Assembly: GCA_040954595.2 (NCBI GenBank) | Contig: CM082576.2 | Coordinates: 3,322,760 to 3,386,759 of the forward strand | Source: Balanoglossus misakiensis | Taxonomy: Eukaryota; Animalia; Hemichordata | Length of the DNA stretch: 64,000 bases | Reading direction: 5' to 3' | Part shown: positions 52,590 through 64,000 of the stretch, piece by piece | Position numbering within the stretch: position 1 is the first letter of the stretch | Layout: each line of letters starts with the position of its first letter | Translations under genes and position numbers: made by a program | Notes under the pieces: generated by a model | Seen by the model: only the letters and a program-made list of their open reading frames with translations | What the model was told of the DNA's origin: nothing | Database searches by the model: none

Positions 52590-53859
52590 CAACGTAAGAC
52601 TGGCATTCTAGTCATCACTTTTAATTTTAGGCGAGTGGAAATCAGGCACAACTACAAACCAGTACAAAGAAACAATATTCTGTGCAACAAGAGACACAAT
52701 CACAGAAACACATATAGATAACATCAGGGGGGAGAGAGTGGGGTTGTATAGATTTTGTTATTTTACTATATTAAATCACTGTCTTTGTGTCACATCTGTC
52801 ATCGGCGAAATAGACCTCTCGTGTTGGATAGGGTTAATAACAGGGATAATAAATTATAGCGTCTGGATAAAAACTACAGTTGGATTAACCCGCCCCTACA
52901 TTGGTTTATTGCACTGTTTAAAGCCCTGAATGGAAGACGAAAATTGATAGAACCTTGCATTAGGCCGGGGATATGAATTTGTTTTTTTTGAACGGGGGCG
53001 CTTGGTTGAAATTTATAACTTAGGAAGGAAGAGGGGACAGGGACAACATCCAAATCACGACGTGCCGTTGACCGTTCGCCCAATTAAAATGTCGTGAATT
53101 AACAACATATGATGGATGCCCAGGGTGTAAAGTGTGGCGTTGTCATGGCGATGGGGCTGCACACGTGCGATCCACTTGTCACGGCTAATGGAAGTGGATG
53201 TGTGAGCGAAGAAAAGAAATATATTGCGTGCTGCACAGTTAGAAAGGCAAGTGTTATGTGTTTAATCACGGTCCTTCTGCATCAACTCACGCACGCTGCC
53301 CAATTTCAATATTTGGATTTGCTCCGAGGTTTGGTGCGATGTTTGATGTCTGCCTGCGCTAAGCGAGTGTGCTTGGGTCAAAGTTTGTTACTTGGTGTAA
53401 ACCTCGGATTTTACAATTAAAAAATATCGCAGAGAAAATATAATTTCAATCTGCGACTTTTGATATATACTTCTTGTAATGTTTATATTCTCTGGAAGGG
53501 GGGGGGGGAGTAAGTGGGAAGTGCCAAATTATAACATATGCTATTTTTTCAATATGTCATATGTCCAAACGTTCTGTTGATAATACTGTTGTCATGTGCT
53601 TTTCTGGTGACGTGTTTTTGCAGAATATCGCAGTGTCTCAACCACGGTGGCTGTATGCGAGGAGAAAGCTAAGCCCTGAGTGTTCCTACGTGCATGTTGA
53701 AGAGTCAACAGGCAGCAAGTTGCCAAAACTCCCCACTTGTGTGTCGCGCACACAAGTAATCTTCTTAATAGGGAGCCTCCAGCCCCGACTGCAGACTGAT
53801 TGCTTTCAAAAGTCCCCCCTTTGGAAGAAAAAAAAGACAAGTATTGTAAAAGGGGTGGC

Positions 53860-53885
53860 GGTCACGTGACCACGCGTGGCAGCTG
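53860..53885. promoter_or_regulatory. Chain of three overlapping bHLH palindromes (candidate upstream promoter or enhancer)
   Basis: GGTCACGTGACC 53860-53871, CCACGCGTGG 53870-53879 and CAGCTG 53880-53885, in a GC-rich patch. Confidence 0.5.
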
Positions 53886-54368
53886 GCGCGGGGGTCCCTC
53901 ACGGGTCAGGGCTTACAACGGGGATTTGATAACGATACCCCGACTGGAAGGAGAGCAGGCGGCAGTTGGAATACGGAGCGGGGAGGAGTCGTTTTATTTG
54001 CGATTAAATTGACTGAGCTCACCCGTTGTTTTCTTTTCTTTTCCGGCGGACAAGTGAAAAGCTGGTGGCGGACCAGTTTGCTAAGGTACCGGCCGGTGTA
54101 CGGCAGGTACTCGTGTCAGCTGTTTTTTTTTTCTTACATTGTAAGTTTATGAATTCTACTTGAAAGAGTTGTTTTTCGCCATGTTTACGCGCTGTGTAAT
54201 TTAAAAAAAGTGATTAGACTGTCGCTTTGTAGATGTAACGATAAAAATTACTGAGAACTACATATAAGAAATAACCAATTCAACTCTGACTACGGATGTG
54301 ATCTTTCTTCTTTGTGAATATTAGAAGTGAGGACTTACAATAATTATTAGCGACAATAACAAGTTTGA

Positions 54369-54511
<143 letters not shown>

Positions 54512-54900
54512 AAGAGGGGGGGGAGAGTGTGTGTGTCAATTTGAAACGTCCATGCCCTTTGAACACAGAACAGTGAAACTAACAGGTTGTTGCCCCGAAG
54601 GCGAATTCGAAATCGCTCTTTAATGCTGTATTTGTGTATTCAAATACTCCGATAGTGATCAAACAATGGATTTAAACTGTTTTCACCGCAATATGGCGTC
54701 CGCAGCGGCTAGCACAAAATCGTTATTTCGAAATAAGTAACATTAGGTATTTTGGAGTCTGTCAACGCACAATACAATACCAAGTAGCTAAAATTAGATA
54801 GGGGGAACTTGTCTGACAGACATTAGGTTGTAGCATATGGACGGTTATTCAATTAAAATTTATTAGCTTTCAAATTAATACCATTTTATTTTTTTTCTAG

Positions 54901-54984
54901 GCCTACGCCATCCGCATCGAACACATGCGAAAAGGTTGGGCCTATAATCTTCTGGCTTACTACCAATAAAAGCTTCGACTTGAG
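54901..54984 (+). other. Putative 5' untranslated exon upstream of FAM120B
   Basis: Strong acceptor ttttatttttttctAG ending at 54900 and strong donor GAG|GTGAGT at 54985. 84 nt, no recognisable protein. Confidence 0.45.
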
Positions 54985-55548
54985 GTGAGTTAGAGCGGTT
55001 GGTGTCGTTAAAAGAATTGTGTTTAAATGAAGTTGATAGCGAAATGAAAAACGTGAGATAATTCTGGTTGGGAACAGGGTGTGTGCTGTTATTATTCGAC
55101 CTCCCGTGCTGTTTAGATCGTAAGTTTACTTTCCTTGTGGATCATAAAATCACGCGAAACTGCTATCACTCTCCAAAAATAATTTATTTTAGATGACTTT
55201 TGGGGGTTCTCAACTTAACAGCACCGATTGAAACGATCGTATTCTGTTTGAGTTTCTAAGCTTTCGTTTATTTTTCCGGAAAACGCTCAAAATCGACTTT
55301 GATGACGAATCACCATGGAAACTGTGGCGATTTGATTTTCCACTCCAAATAAGTGCTATTTGGCTCAATTACACAATAAGTACCGCAAGATGCATGCTGA
55401 AGTTAGCGGACGTCATGTTGGGAATAATATTTTTGGCTCAGATGCCAGTAATATATTGGAGTTTGACATCGTTTCTGTCTGGTTTCCAACCCCCATCAAC
55501 ACGTGCAACATGCAGCAGCGATGAGCAGCCTCGTTTTGAAAGCTAAAC

Positions 55549-55605
55549 CCGGAAGTAGAAAAGCAGGTACCAGAATTCATGCTGCTGGCGGGAATCAAGG
55601 CAAGT
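55549..55605 (+). promoter_or_regulatory. Putative FAM120B proximal promoter and short first exon with a GC-type donor
   Basis: ETS/GABP site CCGGAAGT 55549-55556 and AAG|GCAAGT at 55600. Confidence 0.4.
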
Positions 55606-55824
55606 GTGCATGGGTATTTGTGGTGTTTTGGATATAAAGGGGTGTTTTATAACCTGACGCCAGAACCGTTATAACTGTAAGATATTCTTAGAACAGGAAT
55701 TGTTGTTGTAAATAGCACTGCGACTTGTGGGCTGTTCCAGAAGGCCCTCCTACCTATTGCATGTCGGGCAGCAATGGTGATGTAGGCCCTAAATATTAAA
55801 AGAAAATCGTATAACTGTGGGAGG

Positions 55825-55865
55825 GATGATGATGATGATGATAGTGGTGGTGGTGGTGGTGGTGG

Positions 55866-55944
<79 letters not shown>
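55825..55944. repeat. Compound (GAT)n(GGT)n(GAT)n microsatellite upstream of the FAM120B start codon
   Basis: Read directly from the sequence. Confidence 0.97.
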
Positions 55945-56123
55945 CTTACAGGTTCTTGTATATTACATTGTACCATAATACCTGATCATTGATGGTACTT
56001 TCTGCCTTTTGGCACTCTCCAGGTAATGGGCCATCTTGATCTCTTGAAGAAGATATGTTGAGTGGCGGACAATTCCCATGAAAAGTAAAGCTTCTTCAAT
56101 CTTGAGGATCATTCCATAGGAAG

Positions 56124-56209
56124 ATGGGGGTGAGAGGACTGCAAAGCTACATTGAAAAAAACTGCCCTGAGGCAATGGTTCAGGTGAACCTCCCAACAAT
56201 TGGGCGCAG
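56124..56209 (+). CDS. FAM120B: FAM120B/SAN1-like PIN (XPG/FEN1-family) nuclease, coding exon 1
   Basis: MGVRGLQSYIEKNCPEAMVQVNLPTIGR, with the MGVRGL start typical of FAM120B and XPG-like nucleases. AG|GTAAGG donor, 86 nt; phase 2 matches the next exon. Not in the ORF track. Confidence 0.92.
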
Positions 56210-56556
56210 GTAAGGCATAATAGCTCATACTAATCTACTGAACAGGAATTTTGGTTGCGTCTGTCTACATCATAGATATCTCATCCCGTTTAACAATTTT
56301 AAATCCCCCTTTGAATTATGGCAAGGGTGGAGACAAATATGATGTGTATGAAGTCAGATGATCAGACCATTTCACAGAGGGAATTGTCAAATTGCTTTTT
56401 CCCAATCAAAGAAAACTTCTCCCAACTTTGAAACTTTTAGTGTGAAGGCAAGTTAAAGAATGTTGTGTATACTGACTATATCACGCTGAATGATAGTAGA
56501 TCAAAAGTATTTGTCTCAGTCTCATAAAAATCCTCTTTGCCATGGCATTTTCCAAG

Positions 56557-57803
56557 GTATTACCGGCAGTATGGAAGGGAAGCAGTGCTGGTAGTGGATG
56601 GAATGAGTTGCCTACGAAAACTGTACCACCCCAGAATTCCATGGATTTTCGGAGGACAGTGGAAGGAATACCTCCAAGAGCTGGAGCAGTTTGTGATTTC
56701 TTTCCAGAGGGCCCGGATCAGATTGGTGTTTTTCTTTGACGGCAGAGTGGAAACCGACAAGAGGGCAGTTTGGGTGCAGAGGCGTTTGACGGAGCGTGAA
56801 AAAATGGCCAAAATCTTTGACTTCATCAAGCACAAGAAACGCGAACCAGACGAGTCTCTCTTCCACATCCCTGTCAATCTGTCCAGCATCACCATACAGG
56901 TGCTGAAGAGCATGGGCGTAGTGGTGTACAACAGCACAAAAGAGGCCGACTATGAAATCGCCAAGTACTGCAGTGACTTCCAGTGTCTGGGAATTCTGGG
57001 ACAGGACACCGATTACATCATTTACAACATCGGGAAGTATTTCTCCAGTCAGTACCTCGACACCAGGAGTCTCATCACCGTCAGTTACTCCCAAGAAGCC
57101 CTGTGTCACAGAATTGGAATTCCCATCTTTCAGCTGCCTTTGCTAGCGTCCCTGCTCGGCAATGATTTCATACCACGTCACGATCTTGTCGATTTCCACC
57201 AAGAACTAGCTGGGGGCAGGGTTCCAGGGTTTCCGAAGCTCATAGAACTTGTTGCGGATTATGTGGCATACTACGGCACCAGACTCTTGGATGATAGAGA
57301 CTTTCGGGAGTTAGACTCGTACGTTTTCAGGGACCACTCCAAGTTTGGCCTCATTAGTAAGTCAGTGAGAAATTACTACCTGGAAGAGGAGACAGAGGTG
57401 TTGACAAACGGGGAACCTAAATCGCAGACTGTCACTCCATCTGTTCTGAGACTTGCCGAGCAACAACACGTTGAGGCCGAGAACACCGTGAGTGTGTTCA
57501 ACGTGATGGTCGTGGCCGAGGTAGACTCAGGGATGTCGTTCGAAGATGAGAGCGACGCATCGCTCCCGTCGTCAGCGCTGCTGTTGAAGCCCATACGACA
57601 GAGGATGTACGGCCTGATTTTTGGGGTCGGGTCTGCGAAAAACGATGAGCAAAGTGGCGCAGTGAGCGAGCTGACTGTGAAAGATGACAACAGTCAGGAG
57701 CTGATCGTTGGGGTGAACGCTGTCAAGGAGTGGTGTATGTATAGGGGGAATGATTTACAACAGCCCGACATAGTGCCTGCACTACCCTTGGACAGTCTTG
57801 ACG
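56557..57803 (+). CDS. FAM120B: FAM120B-like coding exon 2 (nuclease domain)
   Basis: VVDGMSCLR..WIFGGQWKEY..FFFDG..KRAVWVQRR..EADYEIA..LGILGQDTDYIIY..LPLLASLLGND matches FAM120B. ttttccaAG acceptor, G|GTAAGT donor, 1247 nt. Confidence 0.95.
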
Positions 57804-60562
57804 GTAAGTGCCCTTAAAAAAATTTGGCCCAAAAACACGTGTAAATCAATCTTGTTGGATTAATAAATGCTATCAGACAATACTCAGCAGGTTTTGGTAA
57901 GTACCCAAGAGCTTTTTGCATCTAATAAAAAATATTGAAATACAGATATTGTAGCGGGTTTCCCAAATTTTGTAATTTCACTCATGCCAGTGATCACCAG
58001 CAAAAGCAGAGCCACAAAACACTCAATGTTAAATCAGTTGTTGTCCACAGACCCTCATGTGTAACAATGCCCTGCACAGTTGGCCTGTAATACCCTGATC
58101 CTTGCCAGCACACCAGCAACTTTTTAATCTTGCGTGATAAGGTGCCATTCAATCACAAAAAGCATTCTGAAAAGAGAGATGAGGGTATCTGTTTCTATTA
58201 TAATAACTGATTATGAGTGTACTTTCAGCTGTGCGTAGTTTGAAATCAAACAGGACTTTGCATGGAAAGAAATATGTTGTCTTGCATTATCATTCTTCTT
58301 TGTCAGTAAATGATGAAAATCACATTACCGGTATATGTAGAAAAGACAAGACACTGTCTCTACTGGTCCAAGATCTGAACCAGAGACAGTCACTTGTCTC
58401 TCCTACATGTACAGTGGATTTCAGTGTGTGATATTAAGCCAATTTGCAAATAAGGATGCTTTTGAACTTTGATGCAGTACTTGCTTGTTACGAAAGTCTC
58501 AACAGAACCAACTTGATGCCAAATATACAGTATGCTCTGTATTGTGATAATCCTCTAAACTCTGTTGTTTAATATTTGCATTTGAAATGGCAATTAATGC
58601 AAATTATAGAACAAAATAAGCCTTTCATCCACGCCGGCCAGAAGTAAGCTGAAAACAAAAGAAACAGTTTGGAGGATTGTCTCGTTCTGAGGAAAGCATC
58701 TGGCCTGTGTAGACAAAACAATAAGACCCTTACAGGGAAAGTAATGATTCTTCTTAAAGTCTAAAAGGCATTTGAGGAAGATTTGATTAAAAAGCTTGAC
58801 TGAATTCCCTGAAAGGCAAAAAGGAGGAAGCCAAGACGACATAAATGTGTTGCAGTTGCATTCTATGTCTCTGGGCAGCACCATTAACCAGCGTGCCACG
58901 CCTGCATTGTCTCAGAGTCCTAATTTGCAAGTTAGAACCTCTTTGTTGTCAAGATTTTGAAAAGAAGAGCAGACAATGGATTATCTGGTCCTCATCTTAC
59001 TCTGGAACATCTGCGACAACATTAATGATGGCACCCTCTTTTCTTGCCACGATACCTCCCCCTCCCCGCCAAAAACACAAACAAAACTTTTGCCTGTTAT
59101 TAATATCTAATGTGCCAGGTGTTACAACTTTGCTTTTGTTTTGTGATTAATTAATGGAGTAAACTGTTTTGTTGTTAAAAGTATACATTGTTAGTCTGAA
59201 GGTATTCTGATCTACATACTGGTATAATAGAGAAAATGTCCATAAATTTGTAATTTCACAAAAGTATCCAATTTCAAATGCATCCCTTTACAGTTTCGGC
59301 AGCTTCTGTTATCAGACGTCTCATGATTATGGTTTATGTGACTTGTAAAAAAGAAAAGGCCAACAAGTGCGCTGGTGCCTGCACTCCATAGAATGCTGCA
59401 ACCTGGTGCATCTTTTGAAAAACTTTCAAATTGTAATTTACACACACAAGTGAGCGGACAATTGTTCGGATGTGGACAAGCGTACGGACGGATGAGGCAG
59501 CAACAACACAATTTATGTCACAGCTGTAGTTGCTCCGGTGTCAGTCTGCGGTCTGCAGACAAGCACGGTTTCATCCCGCATGGTGTGGGTTTTGTGTCCG
59601 TGTCAGCCCTCTTGTGTAGAGTGCAACAGTTAATTGAATGTGATGGATTACTTTCACTCTGGTAAAACTTGCTCTATTGCAACATTGACAGGGTGAGAAA
59701 ACTGGCAGCGATGAACGACAATTCAGCCTGGTTCAACATGTACCAATGTTGATCAAATGGTAGCACACTGTCCCTGACGCTATTTTTTGGGTGTACGTAT
59801 AGTACATGTATGATGTAGGAACAGAGGAAGAAGGTCTTCTGCACTTTGTTCACACTTTCTTTGATGGAAAGTGTCAAGTGCATCAGGCAGCAGGTGTTAC
59901 TAGTATAATAACCATCTCTGTGAAACTGATTTATTAAAGAATTTAATCTGTTTTGTTTCGTGTGGGCTAGAGCGTCTGACACCAGAAGATTCCCATCTGT
60001 AATCTCAGAGTGTGCGAATTACTGTCAACAAATTGATATTGTCTTCAAAACACTGGGTCACAACTGCCAATTTCATGAAGCAGCGGTCGATCGGTCATTG
60101 TGAAATGTCAAGAGGCCAATTTTGCCGGCTGCTCCAGGGTTTTCCAACGGCGCTCATAAGTCGCTTGAAGATACAAGGAGATATGGAAGTGATCATCCCT
60201 GATATCAATGATGTGGATTGCAGTCATCCGTGACAACTTCATATCCTTTGAAGAAATGCGCCGTGAATATGGTTCAGCTGATTCAATTTCAACTTCAGCA
60301 GTGCTTGATACACACAAGTCACTTGGTGCACGACCATATCGCTTCATTTCTAGGTAGTCTCAGACTCTCAAATAAAGAGAAAGTGGAGCTCTAGCTAATA
60401 ACAGATTTTCACTAATTTGGCCTTGCAATAATAAAGAGTTTGTCACCAAATGGTCATTACAACTTGGACACATCATTTTAACCATGCAAGTATGGGTATT
60501 AGTAAAATAAGAGGTGATTGTTTTTTGTTTTTTTTTGCACTTTCTATCCTGCTATACCTTAG

Positions 60563-60834
60563 GTAGAACACCCACCCTGGATTATTTGTGGTTGCAAGAG
60601 GGTGCCCAGGTTGAGGAAGACAGACTTAGAGCATACCTTGCCTGCATGGACTGCACCATCTCCATAGCGACAATAAGGAAGATTCCACCAGAGCTTGTTG
60701 TGCCATGCACCATTTTCCACTATTTCATCAAACATCTGGAGGAGACTGTCTTCACTGTTGTTGAACTGAAGGCCTTCCTGGCAGTTAGCGTATGTGTGGC
60801 ACACTATGATGCAGACAGACTCTACAACTTAGAG
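60563..60834 (+). CDS. FAM120B: FAM120B-like coding exon 3
   Basis: GRTPTLDYLWL...RLRAYLACMDC...ELKAFLAVSVC. ccttAG acceptor, GAG|GTGAGA donor, 272 nt, phase 1/0. Confidence 0.9.
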
Positions 60835-63529
60835 GTGAGAGTTCATGATCGACACAGTGGTGTTCTTCTGGGAGAGATGTTATTTTTCACCGCAATATTG
60901 TTGAACTCGGTTGATAATCTTGTTCTTATAAAACTATTTTGTTTTTCTGTCTTATGTCAATCATCTCGTCATTATGATGTTAGGTTATGAACATATATCA
61001 TACTTTATTTGAAAATAAGATTTTGTTTCCCTGGACAGTAAAATGACTTTGCCAATAAATAATTTTTGTAAGCAGTTTGGATTATAGCGATGTGCCTATA
61101 ACTAACCATAAAACTCTGTGCTGTCATACAGCAAATGATCTGTAGTGTACCATTTGTTGCATGGAGCCATAACCCTGACTTGAAATCAGGTGGAAAATGC
61201 ATCATTTTGCTACTTGTATGAAGAAAAGAAATGTATAGTAAAGGCTAAATATTGTGCGAACATCTAAATTGCAGATGTTGCCTGTTAGCTTTTTGTACGA
61301 AAAACATTGACCAGTTCAACAGATGACACAAGCATAACATTTTTGAGGGGATTAAAATTGGATGCAGCTGTATCAATCTGCCAGACAAATAGTACACCCT
61401 CTCGTTTCAGTATCTGCATTAGCTCACTTCATACTAAAATTTCAGGTAGCTCTGTACTGGTACTGATGACCCTTTGGTAACCTCTGACCTCGTGGTAATC
61501 TATGACCCATAGAATGAGTATTCTCAGTATCTTTTGTGGCCGGTTATTTCAGTCCTTACTGCTGTCCTTAATTGCTAAACTCATGCAAGCTCTTTAAATG
61601 TAATTCGTGGCAACCCCACTTTGCAATGAAAACAACATCTGTTTATCTGCCTGCATATAAGTATTACACCAATAGAAATTATTTTTAGCACCCTTTGGAA
61701 TGCAACATTTGCCATTTTTTCTGACGAGAAGGTAGATTGCCTGGTACCTACCATGACTGGTTTTTCAAAAGACAAATTTTGCACAAACAAAGCTGTTTCA
61801 ATGCAGTTCCTTTGAATGACATATGAAGAATGCTATTTACACCATCAAATTGGATCATTTTCCAGCTGAAGTTTTTGTTTCTTGGCAACCGCAATCAGAT
61901 GTTGCATGTTTTCTATAAAAAGGGGTCAGGATTTTAGCAATAGCTCTTGGCATACCAAAGATACTGAAAAGGATATTGTCAGTAACTGATCTGTCTCATG
62001 AAGGATTAATCTCCGATGTCATATTTGACTTATATAAGCTTGGTATGAGTGGTAAAAAGTCTGAGTTATGTTATGAAGCTGTGTGAATCTTATGGGGGAT
62101 TATATCTGTATCTGTCTGTGTGTCCATGTGGTGGGGTTCCCACAATGCTGTGCAAACCAAAAACCTGTATCAGCTGGGGTCACTGATAGGGCATTCAAGT
62201 CACACTGCCCTGATTATCCCATGTGAATGGTGTACAGTTCCTCTGTGCTGTCAATTAGATTTTGATTGCAGTTGATGTTGTTTGCAAGTAGCTGCTGCTG
62301 TTTTTTTGGCTAGGGATATAAATACCATTCAAACATGTCCCGGAATTTGGAAGAGTGGAAAAAAGCATTGTCTCCAGAAATGAGATAGTATTCTTTCAAA
62401 GTGGTATTCCTATTTTGAATAAAAAAACATTGAGACCATCGTCCTTCCATCTTGTGCCATATTCATATTACATTTTGCCATCTTTCAACGCAGTACACTG
62501 CTTATGCATTCTTGTAATTCTTCCAGACATACCTCACAGACAACCCTTCGCAGAGGTCACGTGTGTCTGGTGTAGTTTCCTCCAACATGTCGATAACATG
62601 TGTGTATGTGTCTCATGTGATCTGGACACCAGCCATCTTACAACTTCCAGTTGGCAAAACGATAAACATCCCTGTGTCATACCCACTGTGATGTCTTCCA
62701 TTTCGATTTGTGTTTATTGCTGAGAGAGATCTCATACCACCACTAGTAGTAATTCTGAACTCTTGTGGTCGAGTGATTGCTTTTCCAGTGTATGTACACT
62801 GGAAAAAGCTGTCTGTAATTTCACAAGGGATCTGTATAGTGTCAGTCATTTGATTCGGCAAACGGAATGAAACCCAGAAACTTCCGACAGTGAGTAACCA
62901 GAGGTCTTCAACATTCATAACTGCCATATTTCAGGGTTGAGAGTTTATTTTGACTGTGCATATTCCAGTGCTTATATAATGGCAACCAATTCGAAATATG
63001 AGACTCTGGTCGATGTACTTTTGCAAAGTTGGTTTTTGAGTTGTTGAAAGATATATCACCCAGTAAGTATAAAACAATAGCATGTTGACAGATTAATTTT
63101 TCCTCAATTATTAATGAAATTTAGTCATTAGACTACTTCTCAGTTCTAACTGAAGTCATGTGGGCAGAAGGAATACATTAATAATTGATAGCACCACTGA
63201 TCAGATTTTAATTATTGATTCAAGTGTCTAATTTTAAAGTGGCCGTAATTACCATATGGCTGCTAATTCCCAAATGTAAATGAAATTGTCAATTTCTATA
63301 TTGCAAACAGATCAGCAATAATTACATTGTTATTGTAAATGAATGGCATTGTTATTGTAAATGCAATCAGCGGCCTTGAACTTGATATTGAATGGACAAT
63401 CATTCTTGATTGCTTGATTGTTCCAAGAAGAATATAATAACAGATGTCAGGGGAAAAAATGGATGTCCCTGAACTCAACCGTTGAATGGCAGAATTGACA
63501 GTGGGTCTCTCCTTTTCATTTCCTGCCAG

Positions 63530-63736
63530 GTGTCTTCAGTGAACGCTAAGGCCATTCACTTTGCCACGGTGTACATGCGCTGTGTCAGGATCGCGTTGAC
63601 AGTCAACTGTGCCTGCGGCAAGCCCATTGATGCAGAGGATGTGTTGCCATGGAAATATTTTGATGGGAAACTGTTCCATGAGAAGTACATCGCCGCTCAA
63701 CAAGGCGCCAGTGATTCTTTCCTGTGTGATAGAATT
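63530..63736 (+). CDS. FAM120B: FAM120B-like coding exon 4
   Basis: VSSVNAKAIHFATVYMR...VNCACGKP...PWKYFDGKLFHEKY, containing the FAM120 PW..FDGKLF motif. cctgccAG acceptor, GTAAGT donor, 207 nt. Confidence 0.92.
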
Positions 63737-63832
63737 GTAAGTGTCGATCGGTTCACTAAATTTGCACTAAAAATCTTCATTAATACATGTATATTATTTT
63801 ATCATGTGTTCTCAATTATCATCCAATTTCAG

Positions 63833-63916
63833 CCCAGAACAACCGAGCTATTCCACACGTTACAGCAGTTTGTTGTCGAAGGAACAAGACTGGAAAGTAG
63901 CGCTAGCAGCCAATGA
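63833..63916 (+). CDS. FAM120B: FAM120B-like coding exon 5 (terminal, PRTTELFHTLQQFVVEG...SSQ*)
   Basis: aatttcAG acceptor, phase 0, TGA at 63914-63916. Joined CDS is 1896 nt (631 aa). Confidence 0.75.
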   Translation, partial: PRTTELFHTLQQFVVEGTRLESSASSQ

Positions 63917-64000
63917 AACATGGCCAACCTGACAAGTCCAATTGCCAAGTTCAACTTCAGTATATCACTTTTCACATTCACAAGATGATCAGTCAGCAAG

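Noticed and set aside
55610-55657. ATG GGT ATT TGT GGT (MGICG) as a candidate FAM120B start
   Set aside because: Stops after 15 codons; the MGVRGL exon at 56124 fits far better and has the correct splice phase.
55647-55976. Poly-Ser/Pro ORF on the minus strand
   Set aside because: Microsatellite artefact.
56560-57690. Minus-strand ORFs overlapping FAM120B exon 2
   Set aside because: Antisense shadows of the real coding exon.

Overview
Eukaryotic (animal) genomic DNA with spliceosomal introns, microsatellites and abundant CpG. A non-vertebrate deuterostome is my inference; the sequence does not prove it. Three intact protein-coding genes were assembled by hand from splice sites and reading phase. 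(1) A ChaC-family glutathione-specific gamma-glutamylcyclotransferase, CHAC1/Botch-like (minus strand, 3 coding exons, 4347-5733, 242 aa). (2) A Delta-type Notch ligand (minus strand, 11 coding exons, 12236-24127, 886 aa: signal peptide, MNNL/C2, DSL, 9 EGF repeats, Ser/Thr-rich stalk, TM, and an intracellular tail ending in ATEV). (3) A FAM120B/SAN1-like PIN/XPG-family nuclease (plus strand, 5 coding exons, 56124-63916, 631 aa), head-to-head with Delta across about 32 kb with no recognisable coding sequence. Main observation: the order and orientation CHAC1<-Delta<- ->FAM120B combines the human DLL4-CHAC1 and DLL1-FAM120B neighbourhoods, which suggests the intact pre-duplication Delta locus. 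Around it are repeated Hairy/Hes sites, a proneural E-box cluster, a distal CSL/Su(H) site cluster, miR-1/miR-34/miR-124/Brd-box/Pumilio matches in the Delta 3'UTR, and ATF4-type elements at CHAC1. No rRNA, tRNA, CRISPR array or recognisable transposase was found. All regulatory calls are motif-level and untested.
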